This document shows, piece after piece, positions 1 through 12,574 of a stretch of 64,000 nt of DNA (positions within the stretch are counted from its first letter, which is position 1; every line of letters starts with the position of its first letter). Both the position numbers and the translations under genes were made by a program. Source of the DNA: Vairimorpha necatrix (taxonomy: Eukaryota); the NCBI GenBank assembly GCA_036630325.1, contig CP142728.1:930001-994000 (forward strand), written 5' to 3'. The notes under the pieces are model-generated. The model was not told where the DNA came from. It saw only the letters and a list, made by a program, of their open reading frames with translations, and searched no databases.

Positions 1-2470
1 ACCTCCCTGGTCTAAAAAAATGTTCTTGCTCACCTTTTCCATTCTTTTTATTGTATATTATTATATTTTCCATTTGAATCTGTCTTAGTTTGTCTTGTAC
101 ATTTAACAAGGCTGCTTCTTGGGGTGTCATTAAGATTCCAGTATGAAACGTGTTGTTGTAAATCTCTATAGCTCTTTTTAACTTCGTTTTAAAAAAACTG
201 TCTTCCTTATTCTTAAATATTAGATCTTGTAGTGTCCTATTAAATCTCTCTACTCTACCATTGGATTGGTGATGGTAGGGAGATGTATAATGTAACTCAA
301 TATTATGATGCTTACAAAAGTTGACGACCTTTGAACTTAAATTTTCTTTTGACTGATCTAATATAAGTGTTTTTATCTTGACCTTTTCGTTGACATCTTC
401 TATAAAACTTACTACCTTTTCATCGTTTCTTGAACTAAGAACTTTTGCAAAACCTTCTCTAGTAAAATAATCAATTGCTGATATGATATATTGCTTTCCT
501 ATTGGGCCTATTATATCCACCGCAACCTTTTCTCCTCTTTCGAATGCCGTAACAAAAATAAACTTTTTTTTTCTTTTTTGAATTGTATTGACAACATATT
601 TCACATTCATTTACTACTTCTTTAGCTAGCTTTTCTACATTTTTAATTTTGAGTCCTCTTTTTCCAATTTCATACTCTAATGATCGTTTTCCTCTATGTA
701 ATAGTTCTAAATGAATAGCTCGCACAATTTCTTTTTCTTCGACCCTAATCTTCTTGAATTCAATTTCTTCTTCTTCGTTATTTTTATTTTCAATATTCTT
801 CCTGTCTTCTTTGTCTTCCTCTATTTGTTTATTATCATCCTTTATTTCCTCATTTTCAACGAAATCAAAATTTCTGCTTAAACAATCTACGTGAGGTATG
901 TCTTTGCCCTGCCTGTACGTAACTTTAAAGCAATATCTAGACATTCTATCTAACCATCTTTGAATTCTCGGGGAGTTAATTTCACCTTTATTAAGCACTT
1001 CTAATGCTTTATGATCTGTTATTACCTCAAAGTTCGCTCCATATAAAAAGTAATTAAAATTTTCCATGCCCCATAACATAGCCAAACACTCTTTTTCACT
1101 AATACCGAAATTAATTTCATGGTCTTTTTGTTTCCTAGAAGCAAACGCAATGGGTATCTCCTCTTTATCAATAATTTGACTAAGTACTGCCGCGATTCCA
1201 TACTTAGAAGCGTCCGTTGTCAAAATAAAATCTTTAGTATAATCTGGCTGGAATAATCCTGCGTTCATTTTGAGAATCTCTTTGATCTTCCTAAAAAGTT
1301 TCTCTTCTTCCTCTGTCCAAATGAACTGTTTCTTGTCTTTTAATAATTCATACAGTGGACTACATATACCGGAGCAGTCTTTAATAAATTTTCTATAGTA
1401 GTTAATTGTTCCTAAAAATTCCTGTAGCTGTTGCTTATCCTTTGGTGATTTTAAATCTTCTATTCCTTGTAACTTATCAACTAATGGGAGTATCCTATTT
1501 TCTTCTATATGATGTCCTAAAAAGTCGATTTCACGCTGTTTAAAACTAGATTTTTCTTCATTTATTTTAAGCTTGTTTCTATCCAAAGCTTCTCTAATTC
1601 TTTATATGCCTCATCGTGTTCCTTTTCATTTCTGCCAAAAATTAAAATATCATCCACGTAACAGAAACAACTCTTTCCTATTTCTTCTTTAAGTGCAAAA
1701 TCCATGAACCTTTGGAATATTGCGGGAGAATTTTTATATCCTTGAGGCATTACCTTCCACTCGTATAGTCTATGTTTAAATCTAAATGCTGTTTTAAATC
1801 TATCTCTTTCCAACAATTTAATTTGAAAAAACCATCTTCCAGGTCTAATTTTGAAAAAAAATTCATTCCACGCAAATTACATAAAATCTCGTCTATTCTG
1901 GGGAGGGAATATCTGTCAAGTTCAACTAGTTTATTTAACGCCACTAAATTTGTAGTCACTCGAATGGAACCATCTGGTTTTATTACCGGCCGAATATTAT
2001 TAAGCCACGTAGACTTAGACTTCTGAATGTATCCCTTGCTTAAAAGCTTCTGAATCGCCATTCCAACGCCTTCTTCCATGTTCTTCGACAATGTATATAC
2101 GGGTTCTACAACTTTTTTGCCTGGTTCCGTTTTGATTTCACACACATATTCTTCATCTTCTATTTTCATCATCTCCCTCATCCCATTTTTCCCGATCAAT
2201 ACTTTCTCGATTCTCACTTTGGGTAAAATAAAAAATTTAAAACGATAAACTTGGTCTTTATACGTCAAATCAATAAATGTATGTTTGTTTACAATAAAAG
2301 GCTCTTCAAGGCAGGTCTTGAATATCATTTCTTTAGAATTCCATTGAAATGGTAGATTAAACTTTTCAGCTACCGCGTTACTGATAAAGTTGTAAGTTGA
2401 TTCAGTGTCAAAAGTAACAGGGACCTCTTGTCCATAAAAATAAACTGAATTTTCTTTATTTTTAATAATG
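1..2470 (-). pseudogene. Frameshifted pol (PR-RT-RNase H-IN) of element 1
   Basis: Fragments 1750-2328, 1562-1816 and 471-1586 lie in different frames. They carry FSKLDL, MPQGYKNSPAIFQR, YVDDILIF and ILTTDASKYG. Integrase-like sequence continues to position 1. Confidence 0.9.
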
Positions 2471-2478
2471 TCTGATAA

Positions 2479-3183
2479 TTAGGTGCTTATTTCATTCACT
2501 TTCTTACTTCCCTGTTGATCATAATTGGTTCCCATACGACAGTTTCTTGCAATATGTCCTAATTTTTGACAGTTGTAACATTTAATGGTTTGTTTAGTAG
2601 TTTCGATTTTTAAACTTTCAAGTTTCTTCAGTAAATCTTGCATTTCTTGTTTTCTCTTATTTTCTTCCAAACATTCTTCTTCTATGATTGTCAACTTATC
2701 AATAATTTTTTCATCCAAAGATCCACTAATTTCCAAAAAAAATTTTACTCTTCCAAGTTCATCTCTTATCCCACCTGTAATAATTTCAATTACTTCTTCT
2801 TCTTCTTCTTTAAGTTTAAATATCCGTGAAGAAGACTTTACATTCATGATATATCGTTTAATGCTTTCATCTTTGTCCTGCTTCATTCGGTACAGTTTTG
2901 CTAAAGACAATGTTTTATTTCCGAATGCTTCCAGAGCCAACTGTCTCCATTTCACAAAGGTCATTTTTTTATGACCCACAATAGTCTCGTAGTGCCAGTC
3001 GATTAAATCGTAACTGGCTCTACTCATAATCCACTCAATCTTTCTCTCGTCCTCCATATTCTTAAAAAAGGACATTAACTCAAACCTTCGTATCTCATTT
3101 ATAATGTTATCTCTACTAATCTCTGTATTCATGGGTTCTATGTCATTCTCCACCATGTTAATTTGTTTATTGTTATTCTCCAT
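2479..3183 (-). CDS. Gag-like protein with C-terminal zinc knuckle
   Basis: 234 aa ORF containing CYNCQKLGHIARNC (CX2CX4HX4C). CCCC motif lies just upstream of the ATG. Confidence 0.88.
   Translation of the reverse strand: MENNNKQINMVENDIEPMNTEISRDNIINEIRRFELMSFFKNMEDERKIEWIMSRASYDLIDWHYETIVGHKKMTFVKWRQLALEAFGNKTLSLAKLYRMKQDKDESIKRYIMNVKSSSRIFKLKEEEEEVIEIITGGIRDELGRVKFFLEISGSLDEKIIDKLTIIEEECLEENKRKQEMQDLLKKLESLKIETTKQTIKCYNCQKLGHIARNCRMGTNYDQQGSKKVNEIST
3144..3155 (-). promoter_or_regulatory. Primer binding site, probably tRNA-Ala type
   Basis: Minus strand TGGTGGAGAATG right after the LTR-terminal CA. It is complementary to a tRNA 3' end CAUUCUCCACCA. Confidence 0.65.
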
Positions 3184-3225
3184 AAAAATTAGGGGTTACA
3201 TATAAAATATTTAAAATTATCAACA
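3156..3225 (-). repeat. Putative 70-bp 5' LTR of element 1
   Basis: Minus strand TGTTGATAAT...ATTAACA, directly followed by the PBS. The start resembles the TGT(C/T)GATTAT LTR of element 2. The partner LTR is outside the window. Confidence 0.6.
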
Positions 3226-4676
3226 ACCTCTATTTATGTTTTCTTTTAATTTGCCCGTGGATCCTTGCTTTGAATTCAAATTGCCCGAAACAGGTGGCAA
3301 GTCATTGTATCTTAAATAATACTCTATGAGTGAAGTTGAAATATTCTTGGATGGTAACATGTTTATTTAGATATTTTTTCTTTTTATAGTTTTAAAGGAG
3401 TTTTTCCTTTTGATAGAAACATTCTATTGGTAGAAACAGATTGATCCTGTTTCAGAATGAACCAATTATAAAAGTAAAAAAAAAATAAATGTCATGTTGT
3501 TTTTACATAACAGAATCTATTTCTTAATTTGTTAAATTAGAAATAATAATCCTAAGTAAACCTTCAAAAAGATCGTTTTCTTAAACATATCTTAATTCAA
3601 AATTAAATTTTAAGTCATTTTCTAGTTTTATTTTGTATTTTTAATTTTAAAAGTCAAAAGATATTTTTGTCCTTTTCTTGCTCCTCCTTTTTTGCACTTC
3701 AATTTTAGGGTTCAAAAAAATAAAGTGAACACCCCAAAGGGGGAATGGGTATGTGGTATCCTTCACCTGACAAAAGTACCTTAACTTCATATTCTTGCAC
3801 CCTCAAAAAAATGTTTAGATTTGAAGAATAACATGAATTTATACCTATTTATTAGTGTTTTTTAGAGGATATGGGCAAGGAAAATAAGTAAAGCCCTATT
3901 CCAAATAGAAACAGAATTGTTCGCAACATGAAACATTATTCATTTATGTATATGCTTCAGAGTAACTCCTTTTACTCGATTTCCTGCGTAGTATTAAATT
4001 ATTATTGTTGTAACTCTAGTTACCAATCATTGTCGTTCATCACATACCAAGCTGTTTCAGCACAAGTTGGTCCAATCAAACATGGTTATCACAAACCATT
4101 GTTTCAGACACAGTATAAAAGAAAAAGTTCTTAAATAAACATGCGATTTCATTCAGACTCATTTACTCTTTTCAACAATTATTTTTATTTGTTATTTTTG
4201 TTTTTTCCTCGACATTTTCTCTCCTCTATTTTTTTAAAAAAGGGGCAAACCCCTCTGTTTCGAAAAACTTCTGTCTAAGCTGATAAGCTGTGGTGTTACC
4301 ACAAGGGAGGAGGCCTGTTTGTAAGTAGCATTCGATGATGCTCCTCCCTGCAATATTATTAAGTATATTTTTATTTAAATTGTGTTTATTGTATTTCCCT
4401 GTGGGCTAGTATGGTTCCTCATGTGAGGGTGTAAGGTATGAGAGGCCTTCCCGATGTCACTGTATCTGTCTTTGTTTCCAGTTCTTCTCATCTTCCAAAA
4501 AATTGGGGTAAAGTAAAAAGAAAATATTTGTAGCAAAATATTTTCTAGAAAAATCATCCGGAGAGAAAAATAAATAAAAACAAATAATGTGGTAATTAAT
4601 ACCACAATAGTTCAATTATTTTTTTATAAATGTGTTGCAAGCTGTCTCTCAGGAAGCTCGGCTTGTTGTAATTTTT

Positions 4677-5964
4677 GGCGCTACTTAAAAATTAGCACCC
4701 AAAAAAATACGTTCACTGAAAAAAATTATTTGGTATAAAATGAGATAAAATCAAATTTTAAAGGATTTTTTTTCCGGGGGTGCGAATTTTTAAGTAATGG
4801 TATTTCGAACGTGAAATTTTTTTATTTTATCTATCCCTTATAATGAACAGGATGATGGACGAAATGCTTCGATTATTCCAAACAATCCTATTTTCACTGA
4901 TAATGACAGGGCAATCGATTACGGATTGAAGAACAACTTGTTATATCCTTGTATTCCATGTACTAATGATCAGTGCAAAGGAATTATGTTTATTCAAAAC
5001 ATATCTTTGTTTTCTCAAGGAAAGGGGTACAAATGTAGCAAAAAAATTTGTAAACGAAGATGTTCATTAAATAAAGGTTCTAAATTTGAATCTTTAGATA
5101 TTGAATTTAAAAAAAATCTTCGTTGCATTTATTGCTGGTGTTTGTCATATACTAATTTTCAGGCCATCAACATGTGTGAAACTTCTGAACCAACATATAT
5201 TTCTGTAAAAGAAATAATAATGAAAACAATTTCCAAGTGTTCTACTGTTGTTACAACGATAGGTGGTGTTGGTCAGAGGATACAAATAGACGAAACAGCT
5301 ATTTGTAATGGAATTATAGTATCGAATCCGTCTAGTCGATTGGATTCTGAACCTGGAATTCAGTGGATAATAGGAGGTGTGTTGGAAGGAAATTGTAGAG
5401 AGTTTTTTGAAGAACTAATACCCAATAGAAAATGGGAAACGATTTTACTAGTATTAAAAAAATATGTAAAAGTAGGCACGGATATAGTAACTGATGGTTA
5501 TCCATCCTATCCACATGCTATAAGTGAATTTAATTCTCAACATAATGTGGTAAATCACTCTATGGGATTTTGTGATGAAGAAGGACAAAACAAATTATGT
5601 AGAAAATATGTGGTCGCATCTTAATCATGATTATAGAAAGCGTGGAGGAATAAATAAAATAAGAATTAAATGTTGGTTAGATGAGTTTAAATGGAAAAAA
5701 AGAAAATATAGAATATTCAAAACCATTTACAATCAAATTAGCCTTCGTAAAAATAATTGATATTTTTTCTATTTTAAAGTAATTAAATTTTTGAACTAAA
5801 TAATATGTTATAACTGTTTTTTTAAATATTTTAACTTTTGTAAATTCATATTTTCATAAAAATATTGTTTTAAATATAATTTTAAGGGTTAAAAATATTT
5901 TTTTTATATAAATTTAATTGGTCAATGTAATTTTTTTAGGGGGTGCATTTTTTTAAGTAGCGCC
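4677..5964 (+). mobile_element. Merlin/IS1595-like DNA transposon (frameshifted transposase ~4843-5760)
   Basis: TIRs GGCGCTACTTAAAAA.../...TTTTTAAGTAGCGCC with 8-bp TSD TAATTTTT. Motifs QIDET, VTDGYPSY, VNHS, NYVENMWS. Confidence 0.92.
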
Positions 5965-7056
5965 TAATTTTTTATACTTGTATGCTTTTTATTGACTCTT
6001 CTGGTTTTACCCCTTGGTAAAGAGCTGAAATTCATCCTTTTTGTTTTACTTTTAATAAATGTCAAATATATCATTTATTGGAGAAAAAGCTGGTCTATTG
6101 TACAGCTTTCTATATCCTGACATTATTCACTGGTGTAAACATTTTTCATTATCATTTGCTTGTTGGCCAAGACGTATTTGTTTATGTCTCGGCTGTAATT
6201 GAGACATGACAGTCGAGGGGATCGTGTCTCGGAGTCTTACTTGGCTGTATTGGGTAAATGAAGAATGTCGTGTGACAAAAAAAAATGAGAATACTGACAT
6301 GACTTAAAAATTTAACCAAATTTATATCATAATTTACGTTAACCACCTTTTTTTGTGCCTTTACACTGTAAAACAGTGACAGATCTATCATATCTTACTT
6401 TACATAAGTAATTTTCCCCCTCATAAAAATTTGTTTAACTAATTTTATATTATGTCATTCTTTAAGTATATTAAAATTGTGGCAAACATAAATTTAAACT
6501 CCCACAATAATAATTGTGGCGCGCGAGCGTTGACCTATCCCTTTAGAATGTAAAAAAATAAGAAACAAAAAGAAAACAAATAAATTTATATATCGATTAT
6601 CTGATATTAAAGTTTTAAAGCCTAAACATAATGAAAATATGTGTACCTTCTTCAGTTTGACATTTTACTCTGTTATTTGAGGAGTTTCTGTTGTCGTAAC
6701 TTAATAAGACAAAAAGGAATACAATTTTCTTTTTTTTGTTTTGATATTATTATCAAAGTCTTAGCTACAATTACTGTGTCCCCAAGTTCAAAAGTATAAA
6801 TTGAGATATGAACCAATGAATGACGATTAATTCTTGCAAGGTAATTAAAATCAACCGAATCAGTTTTTTTATGGAGCATTTCCACTTTACACCCCCCTAC
6901 ATATATAAATACAAATTTTTTAAAAAATATCCTTTTTTGGAAACCAAAATGGAAAAAAAGGAGGAGAAAAAAAAGTACTGTTCAAATTATCGGTTAAATT
7001 GCGATGTTACCCCCACCTCTAAAAAAATAAAAAAAAGACAAAACTAAAATTTATTC

Positions 7057-8185
7057 GGTTAAGTTCTCGACTTACCCCCCCCCCCCACCCCTAAAATAAA
7101 ACAAAAATAATTATTCCACAATTGTAAAATCTATTTCAGGAATAATATCATATGCTACAATACTAAAATTACCTATTTCAAAAAATTCTAACATTTTATC
7201 TAATAAATTTTCACGATATATTAATTTGAATCTATTAATGTAAATCTTTCTTACAAGATTCATAATAGTACCATGACTAGTTCCGCTTTTTCTTAGTTCT
7301 CTTTTAAGAACCGACCACATCCCCTCTATAGTCTGAGTATGCGCACCAGTTATATTATCAACATAATTTTGGCTGTGATTCACAGTCAAATGTAGATACT
7401 CATCTTCTACATAGATTATTTGAATATCACTATAGCCGCGCCAACAATCTGTCACAATTGTGGTCCCCGGAGCAATTTTTCTTGTGATCAATTCAACAAG
7501 AGTAGCTCTTGTTCTATTTTCTACGATTTCAAAGAAAAAAGAATTCGCATCTTCTCTCACAACGCCTCCAACTGCCCATACTTGATATTGAAGAACCCTT
7601 CCCGCATGGTTTTTACTTTTTACAAGTAAAGTTTCATCAATTTCAACAATACAACCGACGCCGCCAATCGTTTGATTGTTTATATATGTTGAATAGCAGA
7701 CGTACACGGCGTTATTAAAACGCGTAAACCACCTTGATACCGTACATTTACCTATATCAAGTTCTAACGTGGCGGCCAAATTACTTGAACCCTTTACCCA
7801 TTCGCAAAGCAATATTAAAAGATCCTCAATGGGCAATTTTGAGTTCAAAAACGCTTTGTTTCATTATGGTTACTTTGTTAGAACATTTTTTACCATCACG
7901 TCTTGAATAACAACGATAGTTTTCAGTGTTTGTCCGATTTTGAGTCATGGGTATATTGCATTTATTGCACATATGGACCCTCAAAATGTTTTTTGCAATT
8001 AAAAATTGCATTAACTCATTTTTTTTATAGATGAGTTTTCTAAATTCTTTAATTCTCATTATGGGTCAAATAATTTATTTTTTTATTCTTTCTCCTTTTT
8101 TTTATTTTTTTATTTTTTTCCCCTTTTTTTATTTTTTTTTATTTTTTTAGGGGTGGGGGGGGGGGGGTAAGTCGAGAACTTAACC
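7057..8185 (-). mobile_element. Merlin element (transposase 7111-8059, one frameshift)
   Basis: TIR GGTTAAGTTCTCGACTTACCCC with TSD ATTTATTC. Motifs EIDET, VTDCWRGY, VNHS, HTQTIEGMWS. Confidence 0.93.
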
Positions 8186-8327
8186 ATTTATTCAATTAAT
8201 TCAAAATCAAATTCAGGGGCTAAATCATAATTTAAAAACCATATATTTTGAACTTCAAAAAAGCATAACATTCTTTCAAGTAGTGATTCTCTATAAATTA
8301 ACTTAAAACGAGCTATATAAAGTTTTC

Positions 8328-9394
8328 GGTGCTTCTCCGTTTCGCTGCCCTAAAAAAATGGGGCAGCAAAAATAAAAAAAATAAAAAAAATAAAATCAAT
8401 TAGAACATCCATTTACTCATTCTTGAATACGTTATTTAAAAATTTTTTTCTAAAAGTAAATTCTTCGAGCCAAAATTCGATATTCACACGTTTTACTCCG
8501 TGCTGTTTAGTCATTTCAGATTTCATACAAGACCAAAAATTCTCAATATTATTAGTATGAAAACCTTCTTCATTAGTAAATCCTATTGAATGATTTACAA
8601 TAATGTGTTTGAGTTTTAGATTCGCTGCTACACCGGGATAACTAGGATGGCCATCCGAAATAAGAAATGATCCCGGTAAGACTATATTTCCTATTATCTT
8701 TGTTAAAATATTTATCTTTCGATCCGGAACTTGTACTATACAAAAATTTTTTCTATCTACAGCTTCTATTAACCCCAAAATCCATACAGTATCTTTAATT
8801 CCATCATCTGCTCTAGATGAAACTCTAATAGTTCCTCTTTTACACAGTACAGTTTCATCAGCTTGAACTTGAACTCCCGATCCACCGATTTTGCAATCGG
8901 TTTCCAATTTCTTTCTAATATATTCCCTAAATTTAAGCTTTATTTTTAAAATAGTGTCATTTGACACACACGTTAAACATTTAATTAATCTATAATTGCT
9001 GTTACAAAGGACCAAGAACACAACAAAAAGATAAATTTTAAATGACAACTTAATCCCAGGTAAAAAGCTGTTTTTGGCCCTGCATTGTTGTCTCATACAC
9101 CTATAAACTAATCTTTCCTTTCCCCTTTCCAATAATATTGTAAGCTTTGCAACAACATGATCACAAAAACCACATCGTCTAATCAAATTAATAATTCCAG
9201 TCTCTATCATGTAGTCTTTACATGAGGCAAGCTGGAAAACAAAGGATGTCTAAAATTATAAAAGTTTCTTTTTGTCATTTTTGGGGCTTTTTTTTAAAAA
9301 AAAAATAAAAATTATTAAATTTTTGCTTTTCTCCGTTTTGCTGCCCCCCCCCCCCAAAAAAAAAAAAATAGGGGCAGCAAAACGGAGAAGTGCC
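8328..9394 (-). mobile_element. Merlin element (transposase ORF 8413-9210)
   Basis: TIRs GGTGCTTCTCCGTTT.../...AACGGAGAAGTGCC with TSD AAGTTTTC. Motifs QADET, SDGHPSY, HTNNIENFWS. Confidence 0.92.
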
Positions 9395-10494
9395 AAGTTT
9401 TCGAATTAGATTCATTAATAAAACATGGCAAGTTCCTTCTTTGCGCAATTCCCTTTTTAATTACAGACCACATTCCCTCAATTGTTTGGGTGTGGGCGCC
9501 TGTTGTTGGATTTACAAAATTTTGGCTATAATTTACAGTTAAATGTAAATAGTTATAATCCGGACATAGTTCCGAAAACCCTTCATACCCTTGCCAACAA
9601 TCAGTAATAATTGTAGATCCAGGTGCGATTTTTCGTTTTATTAAATCGACAAGAGTAGTTCTTGATCGATTTTCAACAATTTCGAAAAAAATAGAATTGC
9701 TGTCTCCTCGTACAACTCCACCAACGGCCCAAACATGGTATTGAAGGATTCTACCGTTATGGTTTTTACTTTTAACAAGCAATGTCTCATCTATTTCAAC
9801 TACGCAATTTAAACCTCCTATGGTTTTGTTTTGAAGGTAGTTGAAATAGTATAAGAATACAGCGTTATTAAAAAGCGTAAACTAGCGAGATACGGTACTA
9901 CTATCTATATCCAATTCGATAGTAGCCAAAACATTGCTTACACCTTTAACCTATTCACACAGCAAAATTAAAAGATCTTTGATATCTAATCTAGAACTTT
10001 TAAAAATGCTTTATTTGTAAATGTTACCTTTGTTTGAGCATTTTCTCCCATTTCGTCGCAAGTAACAACGATATTTGTCCAAATTATTTCTAATTTTGGT
10101 CATGGTTGTCATGCACTTATTGCACATTGGTACCTTTAATATATTTTTTTCAAGAAGAAATAAAAATAAATCCTCCTTTTTATATATTTATTTTCTAAAA
10201 TTCTTTATGTTCATTTTAGGGGCATAATTTTATTCCTTTTTTTTTATTTTCCCCCCTTTTTTTTATTTTTTTAGGGGGGGGGGTAACATCGCAATTTAAC
10301 CAAATTATCTCTTATACAAAAATAAATATATAATTCATGTTAATTTTATCATATAAAAACAAATATGATACTATAATTCACCTTATGTTACATATTAATT
10401 AGTATATATTTTGTTTTTTATAGGTAATGAATAAACAAAACAAACGAATAAGTTATTTATTGAACTTGTTTCTCTGTTTTATAAGTAAAAATAA

Positions 10495-11323
10495 GTTCTA
10501 AGTTCTTTAGTAGCACCGATTATAGATTTTTTTCTGTACCCTATTTTATGCTTACCAACGAGGAAATTAACATAGCATACGAAAAGATAAAAGAAAAACT
10601 TCTTAAAATAAAATGCAGCAAATGTGGCAAAGAAGTCAAGAAAAGACAGCAAAAGGGGAACGCTGACAGATGCATTGGTAAAAAATGCAAAAATGAGAGG
10701 AGCCTTTTTGCAAATACGATATTTGCAAAAACCCACTTGGATCATATACTAATGTTAAAGATCCTGAACCTCTGGCTTACGAAAATTCCGCTTCTCCTAA
10801 TCGCCAAGTTATTAAGTATTTCACCCAGCATTGTATCGAGATGTCTTCAACGGTTTTTGCTTGATGAAGTTTATCATAAATACATGAAAAAGGCAAAAGG
10901 AACACTAGGCAGTTTGGAGATAATAGTCGAAGTAGGCGAAAGCACATTTGGAAAACGTAAATACAACGTTGGACATAAAGTAGAGGGAGTGTGGGTATTG
11001 GGGATGGTCGAACGGACTTTAGGACTTTAGAAAGAAAAATTCTATTAGTTCCTGTCCCAAATAGGAATAAAGATGCGTTATTAAGTCTAATTTTTACATA
11101 TGTTGATAAACAATCAACAGTCTATTCTGATTGTGGAAAGGATATTCGAAAATGAGCCAGATAATAGCTGCTCACAATACAGTTAATCATAGTAAGTGGT
11201 TTGTAGATCCTATCACAGGTGTTCATACTAATACTATAGAAGGGAATTAGTCTGCCGTTAAACGCATAATACCGGTAAGATGTAGAACAAAAGATTTAAT
11301 ACTACCCTTTTTATTAAGATTTA
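10495..11323 (+). pseudogene. Degenerate Merlin transposase
   Basis: ORF 10548-11030 with VEVGESTFGKRKYNVGHKVEGVWVLG. Downstream frames give VNHS and HTNTIEG. Truncated by the next element. Confidence 0.8.
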
Positions 11324-12401
11324 GGTGCTTCTTTGGTATTCGATCAGAGATTTTTTTAAAAAAATTCCGACCCCTAAAAATGAAAAATTCGAATTTTGAA
11401 ATTTCTGATCGAATACCTAAGAAAAGCACGAAAGTGAAAATCAAGCCAATACAGAGGCTTTTCTACGGCAATGACGATTGTTTGAACTCATTAATTGAGT
11501 TAGAAGTGCTCTCAGAACAAAAAATATGTTTCAAATGCAGTGAGGTTGCAAAATTAAGGTTATTTAATGAAAGAGGCATTAAAAGAGTGGTATACAGGTG
11601 CACAGACTATAAGTGCAGTGCAAAGGTATTCATAAATAAAGGAACAAGTTGTCTTTGAATAACTACTGCGAATTAATATTTTTAATTCTATGTAGAAGTA
11701 GCTATTTTATTTTAGAAGCAAAATTGGGGGTTTCGTCTTCAACTGTAGCCAAAGCAAAAAAACGACTTAGACAAATTTTTAAAAATAGAATGTCTAAAAG
11801 TCTAATTATTGGTGGACCAGGTAAAATTGTCCAAGTTGATGAGTCTGTCATCTGTAGAAGATGTAAAAGAAGATATCCAACAAGCTCAGACGATTCAATT
11901 CCTGACACTGTTTGGATATTAGGGATAGTAGAGGCTGATAATCCCACAAACTTTTACATTACAAGAGTTGAGAACAGAACCGTAGAGTGTTTAACAGAGG
12001 CTTTAAAAAGTAAAATAGGTATCGGTTCAATTTTACATAGTGATGGTCATCCAAGTTATCCGGGTGTGGCTCGAAATCTTTGTCTCGAGCATAAGGTTGC
12101 AAATCATTCTTTAGGTTTTAGATCTGCAGATGGAACTTATAACAACAATATTGAAAACATTTGGTCGCAATTAAAATCTGAAATGACCAAGGAACATGGA
12201 GTTAAGCGTAAAGAAGTTGATACTTGGCTTATTGAATTTATGTTCAGGAAATTTTATTGTAAAATAGACGATTTAAATGAGTTTTATGATTTTTATCTTG
12301 ATTATTATTTAATTTATTAAATTATATTTCTATTATTTTTTTTTATTTTTTCCTTTACAAGGGGGGGGTCTTTAGGTCCGATCGAATACGAAAGAAGCAC
12401 C
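11324..12401 (+). mobile_element. Merlin element (transposase 11380-12320, one frameshift)
   Basis: TIRs GGTGCTTCTTT(G/C)GTATTCGATC. Motifs QVDES, SDGHPSY, NNIENIWS. No TSD. Confidence 0.88.
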
Positions 12402-12574
12402 AATCTTGGTGCTTAGAAATTGAAAACTTAATTTTTTTGACGAATTAATAAATTTATCATTTTAAAATTTTCTCCTCCTTTTTTTCCATTTTGGTTTTTC
12501 AAAAAAGGGATATTTTTTAAAAATTTGTATTTATATATGTAGGGGGGGGGGTGTAAAGTGGAAAATGATCAAAT

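Larger units (their letters stand above)
1..3225 (-). mobile_element. Ty3/Gypsy LTR retrotransposon 1 (3' end runs off the window)
   Basis: Minus strand order: gag (CCHC knuckle), protease, RT (YVDD), RNase H (TDAS..., TDH), integrase. Putative 5' LTR TGTTG...AACA and a PBS are present. Confidence 0.93.
6992..10301 (-). mobile_element. Merlin element (degenerate), interrupted by two other Merlins
   Basis: TIR GGTTAAATTGCGATGTTACCCC with 8-bp TSD AAATTATC. Near-identical to the copy at 19685-20880. Confidence 0.92.
6874..12570. mobile_element. Non-autonomous long-TIR element (possibly Mutator-like) acting as a container for nested Merlins
   Basis: ~95-bp inverted repeats at 6874-6970 (GAGCATTTCCACTTTACACCCCCTACATATATAAATAC...) and 12470-12570. 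No clear TSD. Confidence 0.6.

Noticed and set aside
1-5. ACCTC at the window start matching the flank of the element 1 LTR
   Set aside because: It lies in integrase-like coding sequence with no LTR beside it, so it is treated as coincidence.
471-2328. Programmed frameshifting in pol and Merlin ORFs
   Set aside because: The shifts fall inside conserved domains, often at homopolymers, and differ between paralogs. Decay or sequencing indels are more likely.
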